Virus record (IMG/VR): IMGVR_UViG_3300008262_000201
Span: 224 to 64,223 of that record
Source of the DNA: a virus
Lineage: Duplodnaviria; Caudoviricetes
Reading direction: 5' to 3' (one strand)
Length of the DNA: 64,000 bases
A program made the position numbers and the translations under genes. This document shows positions 1-8,468 of the stretch, one piece after another. The stretch's first letter is position 1, and each line of letters begins with the position of its first letter. A model generated the notes under the pieces. That model did not search any database, was not told the origin of the DNA, and saw only the letters and a program-made list of their open reading frames with translations.

Positions 1-62
1 GAGGGGCTTCGGCCCTTCCCACCAGGACTCAACATCCTGGATTCCATTCCATTGCATTTAAC

Positions 63-338
63 ATGTCACTAACAGTTGGCAAAGAAGAACTTGACTCTGC
101 AATTGCAGTGTTCAAGATAGAGCATTACTACCTGGAGTTCGATGACAACATCGTCTATCTCCATTGGGTAGCGACAACATCCCAAGCTCGTGAGTACATT
201 GATGCATTCCTTGAGTGTCTCGATGTACTAATTGACGAGCGATGGGTAGATACCTACGGTTCGCACGAACAAGGTAACCCTGTTCAGCTACCAGATGAAG
301 ACTACATTTGCTGTCGCTATATCCTGGAGACCGTTTGA
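63..338 (+). CDS. hypothetical early protein (acidic)
   Basis: 91-aa ORF with ATG, preceded by hairpins at 1-40; first of a co-oriented small-gene array. Confidence 0.6.
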   Translation: MSLTVGKEELDSAIAVFKIEHYYLEFDDNIVYLHWVATTSQAREYIDAFLECLDVLIDERWVDTYGSHEQGNPVQLPDEDYICCRYILETV

Positions 339-339
339 C

Positions 340-546
340 ATGAAGACGATCTATCGCATGCGTAACGGTTTTATCCAGATGGATTCTTATGGTGAGACTC
401 ATAAGTCCAACCATCTATTGAAAGCTGTGGTGGCTGCACTCATACTTGCCGCTAGCATTAGCACCATCGCAGCACTAGCCAGTAAGTACACGATGCTTGG
501 CCCACAGGGCATCAACGCATCCAAACCGTACGTCATGGGCTACTAG
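340..546 (+). CDS. small membrane protein
   Basis: Likely start at ATG 340, just after the upstream stop; hydrophobic stretch AVVAALILAASISTIAALA. Confidence 0.55.
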   Translation: MKTIYRMRNGFIQMDSYGETHKSNHLLKAVVAALILAASISTIAALASKYTMLGPQGINASKPYVMGY

Positions 547-557
547 CTAGCCATACC

Positions 558-590
558 CTGGGCCTTCCTCCATGAGGATATAAGTCCCAG
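558..590 (+). repeat. motif A copy 1 (bulged intergenic hairpin)
   Basis: CTGGG-CCT-[TCCTC CAT GAGGA]-TA-TAAGT-CCCAG, 25 nt upstream of ATG 616. Confidence 0.75.
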
Positions 591-615
591 TCAACCAACC
601 AACTCATCAATCCCC

Positions 616-990
616 ATGCGCAATCGAGTATCTATCGTCAAGGAAGATCGGATCTGGCAACTCAGGTGCCAGGGATATGACTACGACTCAATCGGTAGCA
701 TTGTCAACTGCAATCCTCGTTACATGACAATTGTATTGCGTCGAGTGAGGCGTCGTCCTCCGATCGAGAAAGACCCAATCAAACGTGGTCGTCGCAGTAA
801 TTTCCTCAGCGATAATCAAGTAGAAGATATTCGTATGCGCAAAGCACAAGGTGAGACTGCACTATCTATTGCCAAGGACTATCACATTGGTGAGTCAGCG
901 ATCTGTAAGATTGCTAACAACGTAACCTATAAGGAACCTGCATACGACAGCGGCTATAGATATAACTTTACTAATAGGCTCACTCGTTAA
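616..990 (+). CDS. double helix-turn-helix DNA-binding protein
   Basis: Two HTH-like segments: GYDYDSIGSIVNC and GETALSIAKDYHIGESAICKI. Confidence 0.7.
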   Translation: MRNRVSIVKEDRIWQLRCQGYDYDSIGSIVNCNPRYMTIVLRRVRRRPPIEKDPIKRGRRSNFLSDNQVEDIRMRKAQGETALSIAKDYHIGESAICKIANNVTYKEPAYDSGYRYNFTNRLTR

Positions 991-994
991 TAAC

Positions 995-1031
995 ACTAGG
1001 CATCCACACCATGTGTGGTGTAAGTCCTAGT
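995..1031 (+). repeat. motif A copy 2
   Basis: ACTAGG-CAT-[CCACAC CAT GTGTGG]-TG-TAAGT-CCTAGT. Confidence 0.85.
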
Positions 1032-1059
1032 CAATTCATTACTCAACTCAACTCAAACC

Positions 1060-1416
1060 ATGACGACACAACTAGCCGAGCACATCCAAGTACTTGAAGC
1101 TCGCATCAATTGCCTCATCGACAAGCTCCTTGCTAGCTACGCTAAGCGCTATGGAGATGGCGGCATTACCTTTGACATTGTTAAAGGTACCAAGTACTAC
1201 AAACTTATTCAACGTGACGTCAAGCGTTCAGCTATTGACGGCAAGACTGGTGCATCAGTCCATGCATTTATTGACCGTCAATCTGGCGCTGTCTACAAAC
1301 CAGCAAGCTGGGCGTCACCAGCTAAGCACGTACGCTACAACCTCATGGACGACGTATCGTTTGCCACCTGCATCCAAGATGCTGATTGGGCTGGCTCATA
1401 TCTGTACATGAAGTAG
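1060..1416 (+). CDS. conserved phage hypothetical protein
   Basis: KYYKL..SVHAFID..G.VYKPASW..PAKHVRY motif, typical of cyanophage small proteins. Confidence 0.75.
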   Translation: MTTQLAEHIQVLEARINCLIDKLLASYAKRYGDGGITFDIVKGTKYYKLIQRDVKRSAIDGKTGASVHAFIDRQSGAVYKPASWASPAKHVRYNLMDDVSFATCIQDADWAGSYLYMK

Positions 1417-1422
1417 TCAACA

Positions 1423-1472
1423 CATGGGCATCCACTATTGAGAATTTTAGCAAGAGTTGTGTAAGTCCCATG
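1423..1472 (+). repeat. motif A copy 3
   Basis: CATGGG-CAT-[long imperfect hairpin]-TG-TAAGT-CCCATG. Confidence 0.8.
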
Positions 1473-1500
1473 CTCAACTGTCCACCTACCTCAACTCAAC

Positions 1501-1725
1501 ATGGGCGCACTCATGGAGCAGACTGAAGACAACAAGCGGTATCACCTCATCATCAACGTTGATGAGAAGTATGCCATCGTCAACGCACTAGCCTTCTATC
1601 ATGCACACCACACTCTGGGTGCACTGATGGATGAGGATGAGCGTGAACAATACATGCTCGCATTCCAAGAAGATGGTCCAACCTTTGTTGATTCCTTAGC
1701 AACAAAGGTGGCCAATACCTTCTGA
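1501..1725 (+). CDS. hypothetical protein
   Basis: ORF between motif A copies, with a CAACTCAAC leader. Confidence 0.65.
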   Translation: MGALMEQTEDNKRYHLIINVDEKYAIVNALAFYHAHHTLGALMDEDEREQYMLAFQEDGPTFVDSLATKVANTF

Positions 1726-1728
1726 TCA

Positions 1729-1767
1729 CTGGGCAGCACCGACGTAAGTACGGTGTGTAAGTCCCAG
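1729..1767 (+). repeat. motif A copy 4
   Basis: CTGGG-CAG-[CACCG..CGGTG]-TG-TAAGT-CCCAG. Confidence 0.85.
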
Positions 1768-1797
1768 GCTTTACTGTCTACTTACTTAACTCAAACC

Positions 1798-1989
1798 ATG
1801 AGAGACCCTAACTTTATTGACGAGCAACGCAACGCTGACTTGCTTGATGCCATGGCTGACATGGCATATGAACAAGAGCAAGCCATGCGTGAATCAGAGG
1901 AATTTGAATGGGACGGCATTGAAGAAATTTCAAGCGCCGAACGAAATGCTTGTGACCATTACAACGAGAGGTACGTAATCAATGACTAA
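1798..1989 (+). CDS. hypothetical acidic protein
   Basis: True start likely ATG 1798 after AACTCAAACC; the track's GTG start lies inside motif A. Confidence 0.6.
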   Translation: MRDPNFIDEQRNADLLDAMADMAYEQEQAMRESEEFEWDGIEEISSAERNACDHYNERYVIND

Positions 1990-2076
1990 GTACACACTGC
2001 GTCAAGCATGGGAGGACGGTGACATCATCGTCATCCTGATCGCAATCATTTCAATCATCATCACGGAGTTTGCATC

Positions 2077-2445
2077 ATGTCTTACATCTCAGCACTCAAG
2101 AAGTTCTACCCCAAGTCCTACAAAGCACGCTTCGCAATCAATGCCTACAACGTGCACAAGTACTTCGAGCACAAAGACCCAACGGTCGTCACGGTCCACG
2201 AAACCTACCTCAGGTACGGTGGACCCGAAGAAGGAGGTTGGTACTACACCCAAGGGGAACCTCTCGTCAGCCACTGCATCTTCTCCAAGAGGCAAGCGGT
2301 CCGGGTCTACGTCAAGTACTTCGAAGAGTACGAGATCGAAGGGCAGCCATCTCTTGGAGATACAACAACTCGATCCAACATCGACATCTGTTTCTCCAAC
2401 GAACTAGCTAAGGCTTACCCTGAATCCCGTCCGTACTACTGCTGA
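2077..2445 (+). CDS. hypothetical phage protein
   Basis: 122-aa ORF with YGGPEEGGWYY motif and C-terminal RPYYC; typical codon usage. Confidence 0.7.
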   Translation: MSYISALKKFYPKSYKARFAINAYNVHKYFEHKDPTVVTVHETYLRYGGPEEGGWYYTQGEPLVSHCIFSKRQAVRVYVKYFEEYEIEGQPSLGDTTTRSNIDICFSNELAKAYPESRPYYC

Positions 2446-2448
2446 TCA

Positions 2449-2691
2449 ATGCAAGCAACTGCAACACCTGCACTCAGTATCAACCAACGCAATCTCTATG
2501 CGTACTACCTAAATCACAAGAAGAAGTATGGGAACACACCATGCTTCGTACCTAAACTTCCATCGCAAAGCTCAAGGCTTGAGCAATATCTCCAGGCCTT
2601 GGTGCGACTGGAAGAATACGGATTGATACGTGTAGACAGAAGCAGTGCTAACTACACAGCATGGATCATGCTTGCACCCAAGGAGCAATAA
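2449..2691 (+). CDS. putative winged-helix protein
   Basis: LSINQRNLYAY...LVRLEEYGLIRVDR resembles a wHTH. Confidence 0.5.
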   Translation: MQATATPALSINQRNLYAYYLNHKKKYGNTPCFVPKLPSQSSRLEQYLQALVRLEEYGLIRVDRSSANYTAWIMLAPKEQ

Positions 2692-2968
2692 GCTACGTCG
2701 TATAACACTAGCGTTATATCATTCGCTATTTGCGAATGGCGAATAGATTATCCCGAGTAATCGAAGTATTGGCATGTATTGGCAATTCTTTGTTGCCAAA
2801 CAATATTAAGTATTAATACCTACCCATCCCTGGTATGTACCTCTAACTAGTGGGTATGTACCAGGGATATCCTTCATTCCTATCTATATCTAGTACACAC
2901 GTACCAAAAATATCTCCTCTTATACCAAGGGATAGTACACATGTACATGGGGAAGACGGGGGAAACCG

Positions 2969-3163
2969 TCAATACCATCTTATTCAACAGTGAATACAGT
3001 CTTATCTAACCCTCTATAGGGTTTCATACTCTTCTAGAAAGCTGTATGGATAAGCTGGTATTCATCCCTTAGGTACCAGGTTTAATACACTTTTTTAACA
3101 ACGTATGAAACCCTATATCTAAGATAATAAGACGGTATTCACCCTTCTATAACACGGTATTCA
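2969..3163. repeat. origin-like palindromic element, copy 1
   Basis: TATAGGGTTTCATAC...GTATGAAACCCTATA inverted arms plus TGAATAC/GTATTCA repeats 22 bp apart; second copy at 37444-37637. Confidence 0.75.
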
Positions 3164-3178
3164 TCCTTTTACCCATCC

Positions 3179-3427
3179 TCACCCAACCACAGACCTCACC
3201 TCAGGTCCAAACCTACGCATCTGATCTAGCATTCTTATCTCTGCTTGTTTGTTTTGCATTGGAATACTTTCATTCCGTATCACAGATGTCAAGAAGTCCA
3301 TCACCTTTTCAGGTGGTGGCATGGAACCTTGTGCTTTCATGTACTCTTGCTTCCATCCCTCAAGGAATGGACTACCACCAACCGCATACCTACCAGCAAT
3401 TAACATAAGTACAAACTCAGATCTCAT
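3179..3427 (-). CDS. hypothetical protein
   Basis: 82-aa ATG ORF filling an otherwise empty gap. Confidence 0.45.
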   Translation of the reverse strand: MRSEFVLMLIAGRYAVGGSPFLEGWKQEYMKAQGSMPPPEKVMDFLTSVIRNESIPMQNKQAEIRMLDQMRRFGPEVRSVVG

Positions 3428-3438
3428 CTAAGTTTAAG

Positions 3439-3477
3439 CCTGGGCATCCACACATTTAGTGTGGTGTAAGTCCCAGG
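3439..3477 (+). repeat. motif A copy 5
   Basis: CCTGGG-CAT-[CCACA..TGTGG]-TG-TAAGT-CCCAGG. Confidence 0.85.
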
Positions 3478-3502
3478 GCATCTCCACTTACTCACAACAA
3501 CC

Positions 3503-3754
3503 ATGCTTGTTTCCAAACTGATTGATCAACTACTTAAAGCACAGAACAAATACGGAGACTTTGACATTTGCGTTTGCGATTCTTCCGAAGCAAACAATGT
3601 CGAATCGATTACTGACGGAGTTGAGTTTAACTTTCGTTTGTTTAACGAGAAAACTTATGAAGAATTACCTGGAATTAGTTTTGAAGAAGAAGAAGAACAA
3701 GATGTTGATCACCAAAGTGCTAAGTACTTTGGTGTAATCTTCCGTGACTACTAA
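3503..3754 (+). CDS. hypothetical protein
   Basis: MLVSKLIDQL..YGD start; sits between motif A copies. Confidence 0.7.
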   Translation: MLVSKLIDQLLKAQNKYGDFDICVCDSSEANNVESITDGVEFNFRLFNEKTYEELPGISFEEEEEQDVDHQSAKYFGVIFRDY

Positions 3755-3761
3755 TTAATAC

Positions 3762-3789
3762 CTGGGCATCCACATGGTGTAAGTCCCAG
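3762..3789 (+). repeat. motif A copy 6
   Basis: CTGGG-CAT-[CC ACAT GG]-TG-TAAGT-CCCAG. Confidence 0.85.
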
Positions 3790-3819
3790 AGTTACACCAA
3801 CCTCACCTTCAACTCAACC

Positions 3820-4107
3820 ATGGAACAAACCAAGAAGTATCCTGAACTCACCTGGACCAAGAACGAGTACCACCAATTGCAGCTAGTACTTGATGCACTC
3901 AAAGCCATTTGTGCTCGCGAAGATAAACGTCATCAAATGGACGAGCATCTTGATCCACACATGCGTAACGTTATCGATGAGGTGATCGGAATGCTGGAAG
4001 ATGAGATCGACTACGATCCAACACCTAACGAATCTGGAGAACCACCCATGACTATGGATGAGATGCACACTGCTGCATGGAAAGAACACCTTGCCATGCA
4101 TTCATAA
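3820..4107 (+). CDS. hypothetical protein
   Basis: 95-aa ORF with CAACTCAACC leader. Confidence 0.7.
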   Translation: MEQTKKYPELTWTKNEYHQLQLVLDALKAICAREDKRHQMDEHLDPHMRNVIDEVIGMLEDEIDYDPTPNESGEPPMTMDEMHTAAWKEHLAMHS

Positions 4108-4129
4108 CACCAGGTAGTACATAAGTACT

Positions 4130-4163
4130 GGCCGTGTATCAGTATCCCTGATGCACGGCCTTT
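4130..4163 (+). terminator. putative intrinsic terminator
   Basis: 13-bp stem GGCCGTGTATCAG/CTGATGCACGGCC followed by TTT. Confidence 0.55.
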
Positions 4164-4210
4164 ACCTTGACTGCCCTGGTAGACTGACCTAGTTAATCAA
4201 CTCAATTCAA

Positions 4211-4420
4211 ATGACATCCTCCAACACTCCTCGCATTCCCGACTCTCTTGACATGCAACGCTTGCAGGCCATGCAGCTTGTAGCGAAGATGAAGGAATCA
4301 GCCGAGAGACATGGCATTGGTTTCATTGGGGGCTTCATTGCTCCCAATGGAGAGAAATTTGTAATGACAAATATGGATGACGATGATGCCATGGCACTCA
4401 TGCCGGAGGATCTCAAGTGA
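4211..4420 (+). CDS. hypothetical protein
   Basis: 69-aa ORF whose stop overlaps the next start. Confidence 0.65.
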   Translation: MTSSNTPRIPDSLDMQRLQAMQLVAKMKESAERHGIGFIGGFIAPNGEKFVMTNMDDDDAMALMPEDLK

Positions 4421-4614
4421 CTAAGAAATCTCCCATTAGTTTTGATCGCACCATTCATGGTGTGAACATCACTGAACATGGTATCAAGTCAGTAAGTAAA
4501 CAGATCAAGCTTGGTCCATTCCAACTGACTGTCAACGCCAGTCCCAATGGCGTCAAAGGATCAGTCAGTATCCCTGGCACAGGCTTGAGCATTCCAAACA
4601 TTAAGTTAATCTAA
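4417..4614 (+). CDS. DUF4236-like protein
   Basis: GIKSVS..GPF...GVKGSVSIPGTGLS pattern. Confidence 0.55.
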   Translation: MTKKSPISFDRTIHGVNITEHGIKSVSKQIKLGPFQLTVNASPNGVKGSVSIPGTGLSIPNIKLI

Positions 4615-4645
4615 AGATCTGGGCATCCTTACGGTGTAAGTCCCA
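4602..4645 (+). repeat. 44-bp direct repeat, copy 1 (contains motif A copy 7)
   Basis: TAAGTTAATCTAAAGATCTGGGCATCCTTACGGTGTAAGTCCCA, identical to 4989-5032. Confidence 0.9.
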
Positions 4646-4673
4646 CATCCAACTTCCATCTCAACATAACACC

Positions 4674-4991
4674 ATGCCTAAGAAACAAGCACTCAATCCT
4701 CACTTCCCTACTGGTCCTAGAACTATTACTCTTGATCTGACTGAAGATCAATGGTGGGCATTGATTAACATGCTCAGAGCACGCACTGATTTCTATAAGA
4801 AGTTGCGGTTTGATCTCATTAGATTAAAGGATGATGGCCTTGAGAAACAAATTGATCAGTACACTGAATCCATGGAAGACATTGTATCTATATTGGAATC
4901 AGTACAAGAACAAGTAGCACCTTTGTATTACACAAAAGCAAAGCGTGCTGAGTGGCGTAAGCAACGTATTGATACACCTGATTTCCCATAA
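4674..4991 (+). CDS. hypothetical protein (repeat-flanked cassette)
   Basis: 105-aa ORF between the two 44-bp repeats. Confidence 0.7.
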   Translation: MPKKQALNPHFPTGPRTITLDLTEDQWWALINMLRARTDFYKKLRFDLIRLKDDGLEKQIDQYTESMEDIVSILESVQEQVAPLYYTKAKRAEWRKQRIDTPDFP

Positions 4992-5032
4992 GTTAATCTA
5001 AAGATCTGGGCATCCTTACGGTGTAAGTCCCA
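4989..5032 (+). repeat. 44-bp direct repeat, copy 2 (contains motif A copy 8)
   Basis: Identical to 4602-4645. Confidence 0.9.
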
Positions 5033-5064
5033 GGTCTTGTCCACCAACTCAATTCAATTCAACC

Positions 5065-5250
5065 ATGGCTACCACAAACACAAACCTCAGCTTGTTTGAT
5101 CGCATCAATGTTGCACGCTGCGCAATGGAGCGTGCCCATAATAATCATTTTGATCGCGATCGTTTTGTTAGCGAGTACACAACTGCAAAGATGTGGACTC
5201 GTTACAACTGCTACATCTCAACCACCGTTTCATTCGTGGAGCCTGACTGA
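5065..5250 (+). CDS. hypothetical protein
   Basis: ORF after AACTCAATTCAATTCAACC leader; stop overlaps the next ATG. Confidence 0.6.
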   Translation: MATTNTNLSLFDRINVARCAMERAHNNHFDRDRFVSEYTTAKMWTRYNCYISTTVSFVEPD

Positions 5251-5510
5251 TGACTGTCCTTGCTATCGAACACACATCATTCACTGACACTCATGTCACA
5301 GTTACAGCAGTTGTTGACGACATGCGCCTACTCTATCGGGCGACTCGCTTCGAGCCTGAAGAGTGGGCTCCTGCACTGTGCACAACAACTATTGAGTTGG
5401 ATCCAGAGGAACCGATTCCTCTTGACGAAGATGGCTTCTGCAGCTATCTTGATCAGCTCGATCCTCACTGGCAACTTGTTGACAACTCTGACTACGATCT
5501 AGATTCATGA
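5250..5510 (+). CDS. hypothetical protein
   Basis: 86-aa acidic ORF, translationally coupled. Confidence 0.65.
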   Translation: MTVLAIEHTSFTDTHVTVTAVVDDMRLLYRATRFEPEEWAPALCTTTIELDPEEPIPLDEDGFCSYLDQLDPHWQLVDNSDYDLDS

Positions 5511-5547
5511 TTGGTTTCTCAATTGAATTCAAACGCTGGTACTTAAA

Positions 5548-6069
5548 ATGAAACACAAACCTATCCCAGAAGAAATTGTTGAATACTTAAAAGTTGATTT
5601 AACAATTCCACATGGATTACGTTGGATCAAGCTAGTACCAAACAATAACAGGTGCAAAGTTGGAGATCCAGCTGGATCAAAATGTTCTAATGGTAAATAT
5701 AATTTACATTACAAACGAATTAAATACTACAATCATCGAATAATTTTTTATCTTCAAAACAATTTAGATCCGGATTATTATCAAGTAGATCATAAGATTC
5801 ATGATGATAATACAGGAGAACTTCGCTTGGCAACCCATCAGCAAAATCATTTTAATCGTAGATCTTGTATTGGTTCTTCTTCTAAATACAAAGGCGTTTC
5901 ATGGCATGCAAAAGACAAACGATGGGAAGCACGAATAGGATTTAACAATGAAATTATTTACATTGGTAAATACATAAATGAAGAAGATGCTGCAATAGCT
6001 TATAACCATGAGGCTATAAAGCTTTTTGGTGATTATGCTTTTATTAACACATTAGCAGAATGTCAATGA
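5548..6069 (+). mobile_element. HNH-AP2 homing endonuclease
   Basis: HRII..VDH..DN..LRLAT..QN, then SKYKGVSW..W.A.I...YIG.Y..EEDAA.AY (AP2 domain); AT-richer than its neighbours. Confidence 0.9.
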
Positions 6070-6269
6070 TTGGATTTTCCATTGAGTTTAAAAAGTTTTA
6101 TTTTGTACTGCGTGGTCCCAAGGGTCGAGTGTATCTGGCAACTGGCTTTGCTAAACGCATGCCAGTCATAATACTGACCGGTGATTACATACTGGAGCAG
6201 TGCATCGGCACATGGCCTGGTGATGAGACTGACGAAGAACTTCTTGATCAGTTGAAAGACATCCGCTAA
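6066..6269 (+). CDS. hypothetical protein (HNH target gene with recoded N-terminus)
   Basis: MIGFSIEFK start, duplicated at 5507-5533. Confidence 0.65.
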   Translation: MIGFSIEFKKFYFVLRGPKGRVYLATGFAKRMPVIILTGDYILEQCIGTWPGDETDEELLDQLKDIR

Positions 6270-6274
6270 TTAAC

Positions 6275-6302
6275 CGTCCTGGGCATGACGTTAAACTGCC
6301 TA
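6275..6302 (+). promoter_or_regulatory. motif B H-type pseudoknot, copy 1
   Basis: CGTC-C-TGGGCA-T-GACG-TTAAAC-TGCCTA. Confidence 0.8.
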
Positions 6303-6324
6303 TTCTACTTACTCATTTAACCCA

Positions 6325-6624
6325 ATGGAAATCAATTCTCCAACACCTCCTTTAGATCTTGTCAATGATTGGATGACACATTGGTATGACGATAACCAAA
6401 CAGATGACACGCAACCGCTGTATATTGCAACTAAAGCTTCAATGTGGGGCGCAATCTGGGGTGCTACCAATGCTTTGGAAACAGCCATCCAAGACACGGC
6501 ACCTGTTCATTGGCGCGTAGCTGGTGGGGCAGAAGATGGCCAACAGGTAGTACGTGTTATTGATTTAATGGAATGGCTTGCACAGTTCCGTAAAGAATAC
6601 GAAGAAAAGATGTCTTGTAATTAA
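6325..6624 (+). CDS. hypothetical protein (TPP..W/WGA family)
   Basis: PTPPLDLVNDW...ASMWGA resembles the paralogs at 9799 and 10438. Confidence 0.65.
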   Translation: MEINSPTPPLDLVNDWMTHWYDDNQTDDTQPLYIATKASMWGAIWGATNALETAIQDTAPVHWRVAGGAEDGQQVVRVIDLMEWLAQFRKEYEEKMSCN

Positions 6625-6629
6625 TCAAC

Positions 6630-6657
6630 CGTCCTGGACATGACGCTAAACTGTCCA
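6630..6657 (+). promoter_or_regulatory. motif B pseudoknot, copy 2
   Basis: CGTC-C-TGGACA-T-GACG-CTAAAC-TGTCCA. Confidence 0.85.
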
Positions 6658-6679
6658 TTCCACTTACCTACACTACACC

Positions 6680-8419
6680 ATGCAATTCGCTCTGCCTTCC
6701 AATCTTCAGACTGAACTCTTGGCTTATGATCCAAAGCTCAAGGCTTTGGCTAAGCAAGCCAACAAACCAGAAGCCAAGAAACCGACGTATCCACTTGGCA
6801 AGATTCCTTGCTTGATACCAACACACATTGTGCGTGAAGCCGATCAGCAAGATGCAATTGCTCAGATCAATCAGCGTCCAGCACCACAGCGTTATCAAGT
6901 CTTTACTACACCTGTAGATGTAGCAACACCACAGGCTAGGCTCAAGGTCATTGCCATCCTGTATCACTACGAACAGGTGTGGTATGCAGCATGGTTACCT
7001 TCTAAGCAAGAGAAGGATCAGTATGTGTACGGTCATGCGTATGCATTCAAGAACACATCAGCTACACAGAAGACTGCACCAAATTGGATATGGAATAGCA
7101 AAGATGATTGCGTTGTCCACGACATTGGTCGTGGCTCACAACTCTTTGTCTACACCAATACAGCAACCATAGAAGATATCCGCGAAAAAGATTACGATAG
7201 CTGGCGTAGTTATCCATGGCGAGCAGGTAACCTTTACTGCCAGAAGGGTTATACAATTCGTGATACTGTTGTTAATGAATTTGATAACAGCCTGCGGGAA
7301 AATCTCCCAACATGGGAAGATTCCCGTGGATTGTTTGATCGCATACGCTGCAAGAATATCTTTGATGCAGCAAACATACCGTCAATGATGTCAAAGCATC
7401 TTGATGAAACTCAAGGCTTGACTGTTGATAACTTCATTGCTGCTTCACTTGCATTCAAAGAAGAACACGGCTATAGCTCATTAACGTATTCTGTTGTCAC
7501 AAAGATTCAGCACATTGTTACTAAACCTGCCATCAAGAAACTATTGCAAGCAGAGTTAAACCGTAGCATTGATGCATATAATGATCCCAATAACAAACAC
7601 CAGCAACCTATTAGGCAAGGCTTTGCAACTTTTGTGCAGATCCTTAACTCAATCGAGTGGATTGATTCCATCTGGCCAGACTGCCCTATTGATTACTATC
7701 AGACTTATTTCAAAGAACTTAAGTATCTTCGCTTGACTGAAGTGCGTCTACGCAGTGGGGCTACACAAGAGCCTTGTTTAATCGACTGGTTACGTGAGCA
7801 CATGCCTATTGCATCACTGTTTACAATCATGCGTAAGTACTTGGACAAACAACTTACTGAATACAATGGTCGCTGGGTTGACAGCGATGTTGGGTACCAG
7901 CGTCAACGCTTTGGTGAACTCAACGATACATTCTCCATGATGCTTAAGATCCTTCATGTTGGTAATACATTGGAGCCACCGAAGCGTTGGCGTCTGACCG
8001 AGTTCCATGACTACGTACAATCCGAAGCATGGAAGATCCAGAATCCAAAGGAGTCCCTACGTCAAGATCTATTTCCTGAACCCATCAAAGTCACACGTCT
8101 TGATAGGGTATGGACATTCTTTCAGCCTGTTGACACACATCAACTATCCATGTGGGGGCAAGCCGTACGCAACTGCGTTGGCTCTGCATCCCACTATGCG
8201 GATGACATCAAGAAACGTAAGCACTTCATTGTGTTATGTATGATTGATAACAAGCCCACCTTCACAATTCAATTGGTTGTGGACCAGGGTATGATGTCAG
8301 TCAAGCAGATTGCTGGCGTTGGCAATCGCAGTCTTGACTCAATAGAACGCAACGATTACACGGAAGCCTTCCGTGAGGTCTTGCAATTGCGTGAATCTGA
8401 GCTAAGCTCTAAGAGCTGA
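6680..8419 (+). CDS. PcfJ-like domain protein
   Basis: C-terminal HD..P....L..WG....NCVG..Y......FTI......QI.G..N pattern. Confidence 0.75.
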   Translation: MQFALPSNLQTELLAYDPKLKALAKQANKPEAKKPTYPLGKIPCLIPTHIVREADQQDAIAQINQRPAPQRYQVFTTPVDVATPQARLKVIAILYHYEQVWYAAWLPSKQEKDQYVYGHAYAFKNTSATQKTAPNWIWNSKDDCVVHDIGRGSQLFVYTNTATIEDIREKDYDSWRSYPWRAGNLYCQKGYTIRDTVVNEFDNSLRENLPTWEDSRGLFDRIRCKNIFDAANIPSMMSKHLDETQGLTVDNFIAASLAFKEEHGYSSLTYSVVTKIQHIVTKPAIKKLLQAELNRSIDAYNDPNNKHQQPIRQGFATFVQILNSIEWIDSIWPDCPIDYYQTYFKELKYLRLTEVRLRSGATQEPCLIDWLREHMPIASLFTIMRKYLDKQLTEYNGRWVDSDVGYQRQRFGELNDTFSMMLKILHVGNTLEPPKRWRLTEFHDYVQSEAWKIQNPKESLRQDLFPEPIKVTRLDRVWTFFQPVDTHQLSMWGQAVRNCVGSASHYADDIKKRKHFIVLCMIDNKPTFTIQLVVDQGMMSVKQIAGVGNRSLDSIERNDYTEAFREVLQLRESELSSKS

Positions 8420-8468
8420 AGCCACAGCAGGGGCATCCTATCCTCGTAAATGGGATGCCTCTTTACCT

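Noticed and set aside
1982-2411. Alternative-frame ORFs 1982-2407 and 2070-2411
   Set aside because: Low-complexity shadows of 2077-2445; only the first ~30 codons of 1982 might be a real peptide
558-5033. CRISPR array interpretation of motif A
   Set aside because: Repeats vary internally and are separated by whole genes, not 30-40 nt spacers; no cas genes in the window
6275-6302. Pistol ribozyme or preQ1 riboswitch call for motif B
   Set aside because: Shares a P1 plus AAA linker only; lacks pistol P2/P3 and the preQ1 ligand-binding consensus
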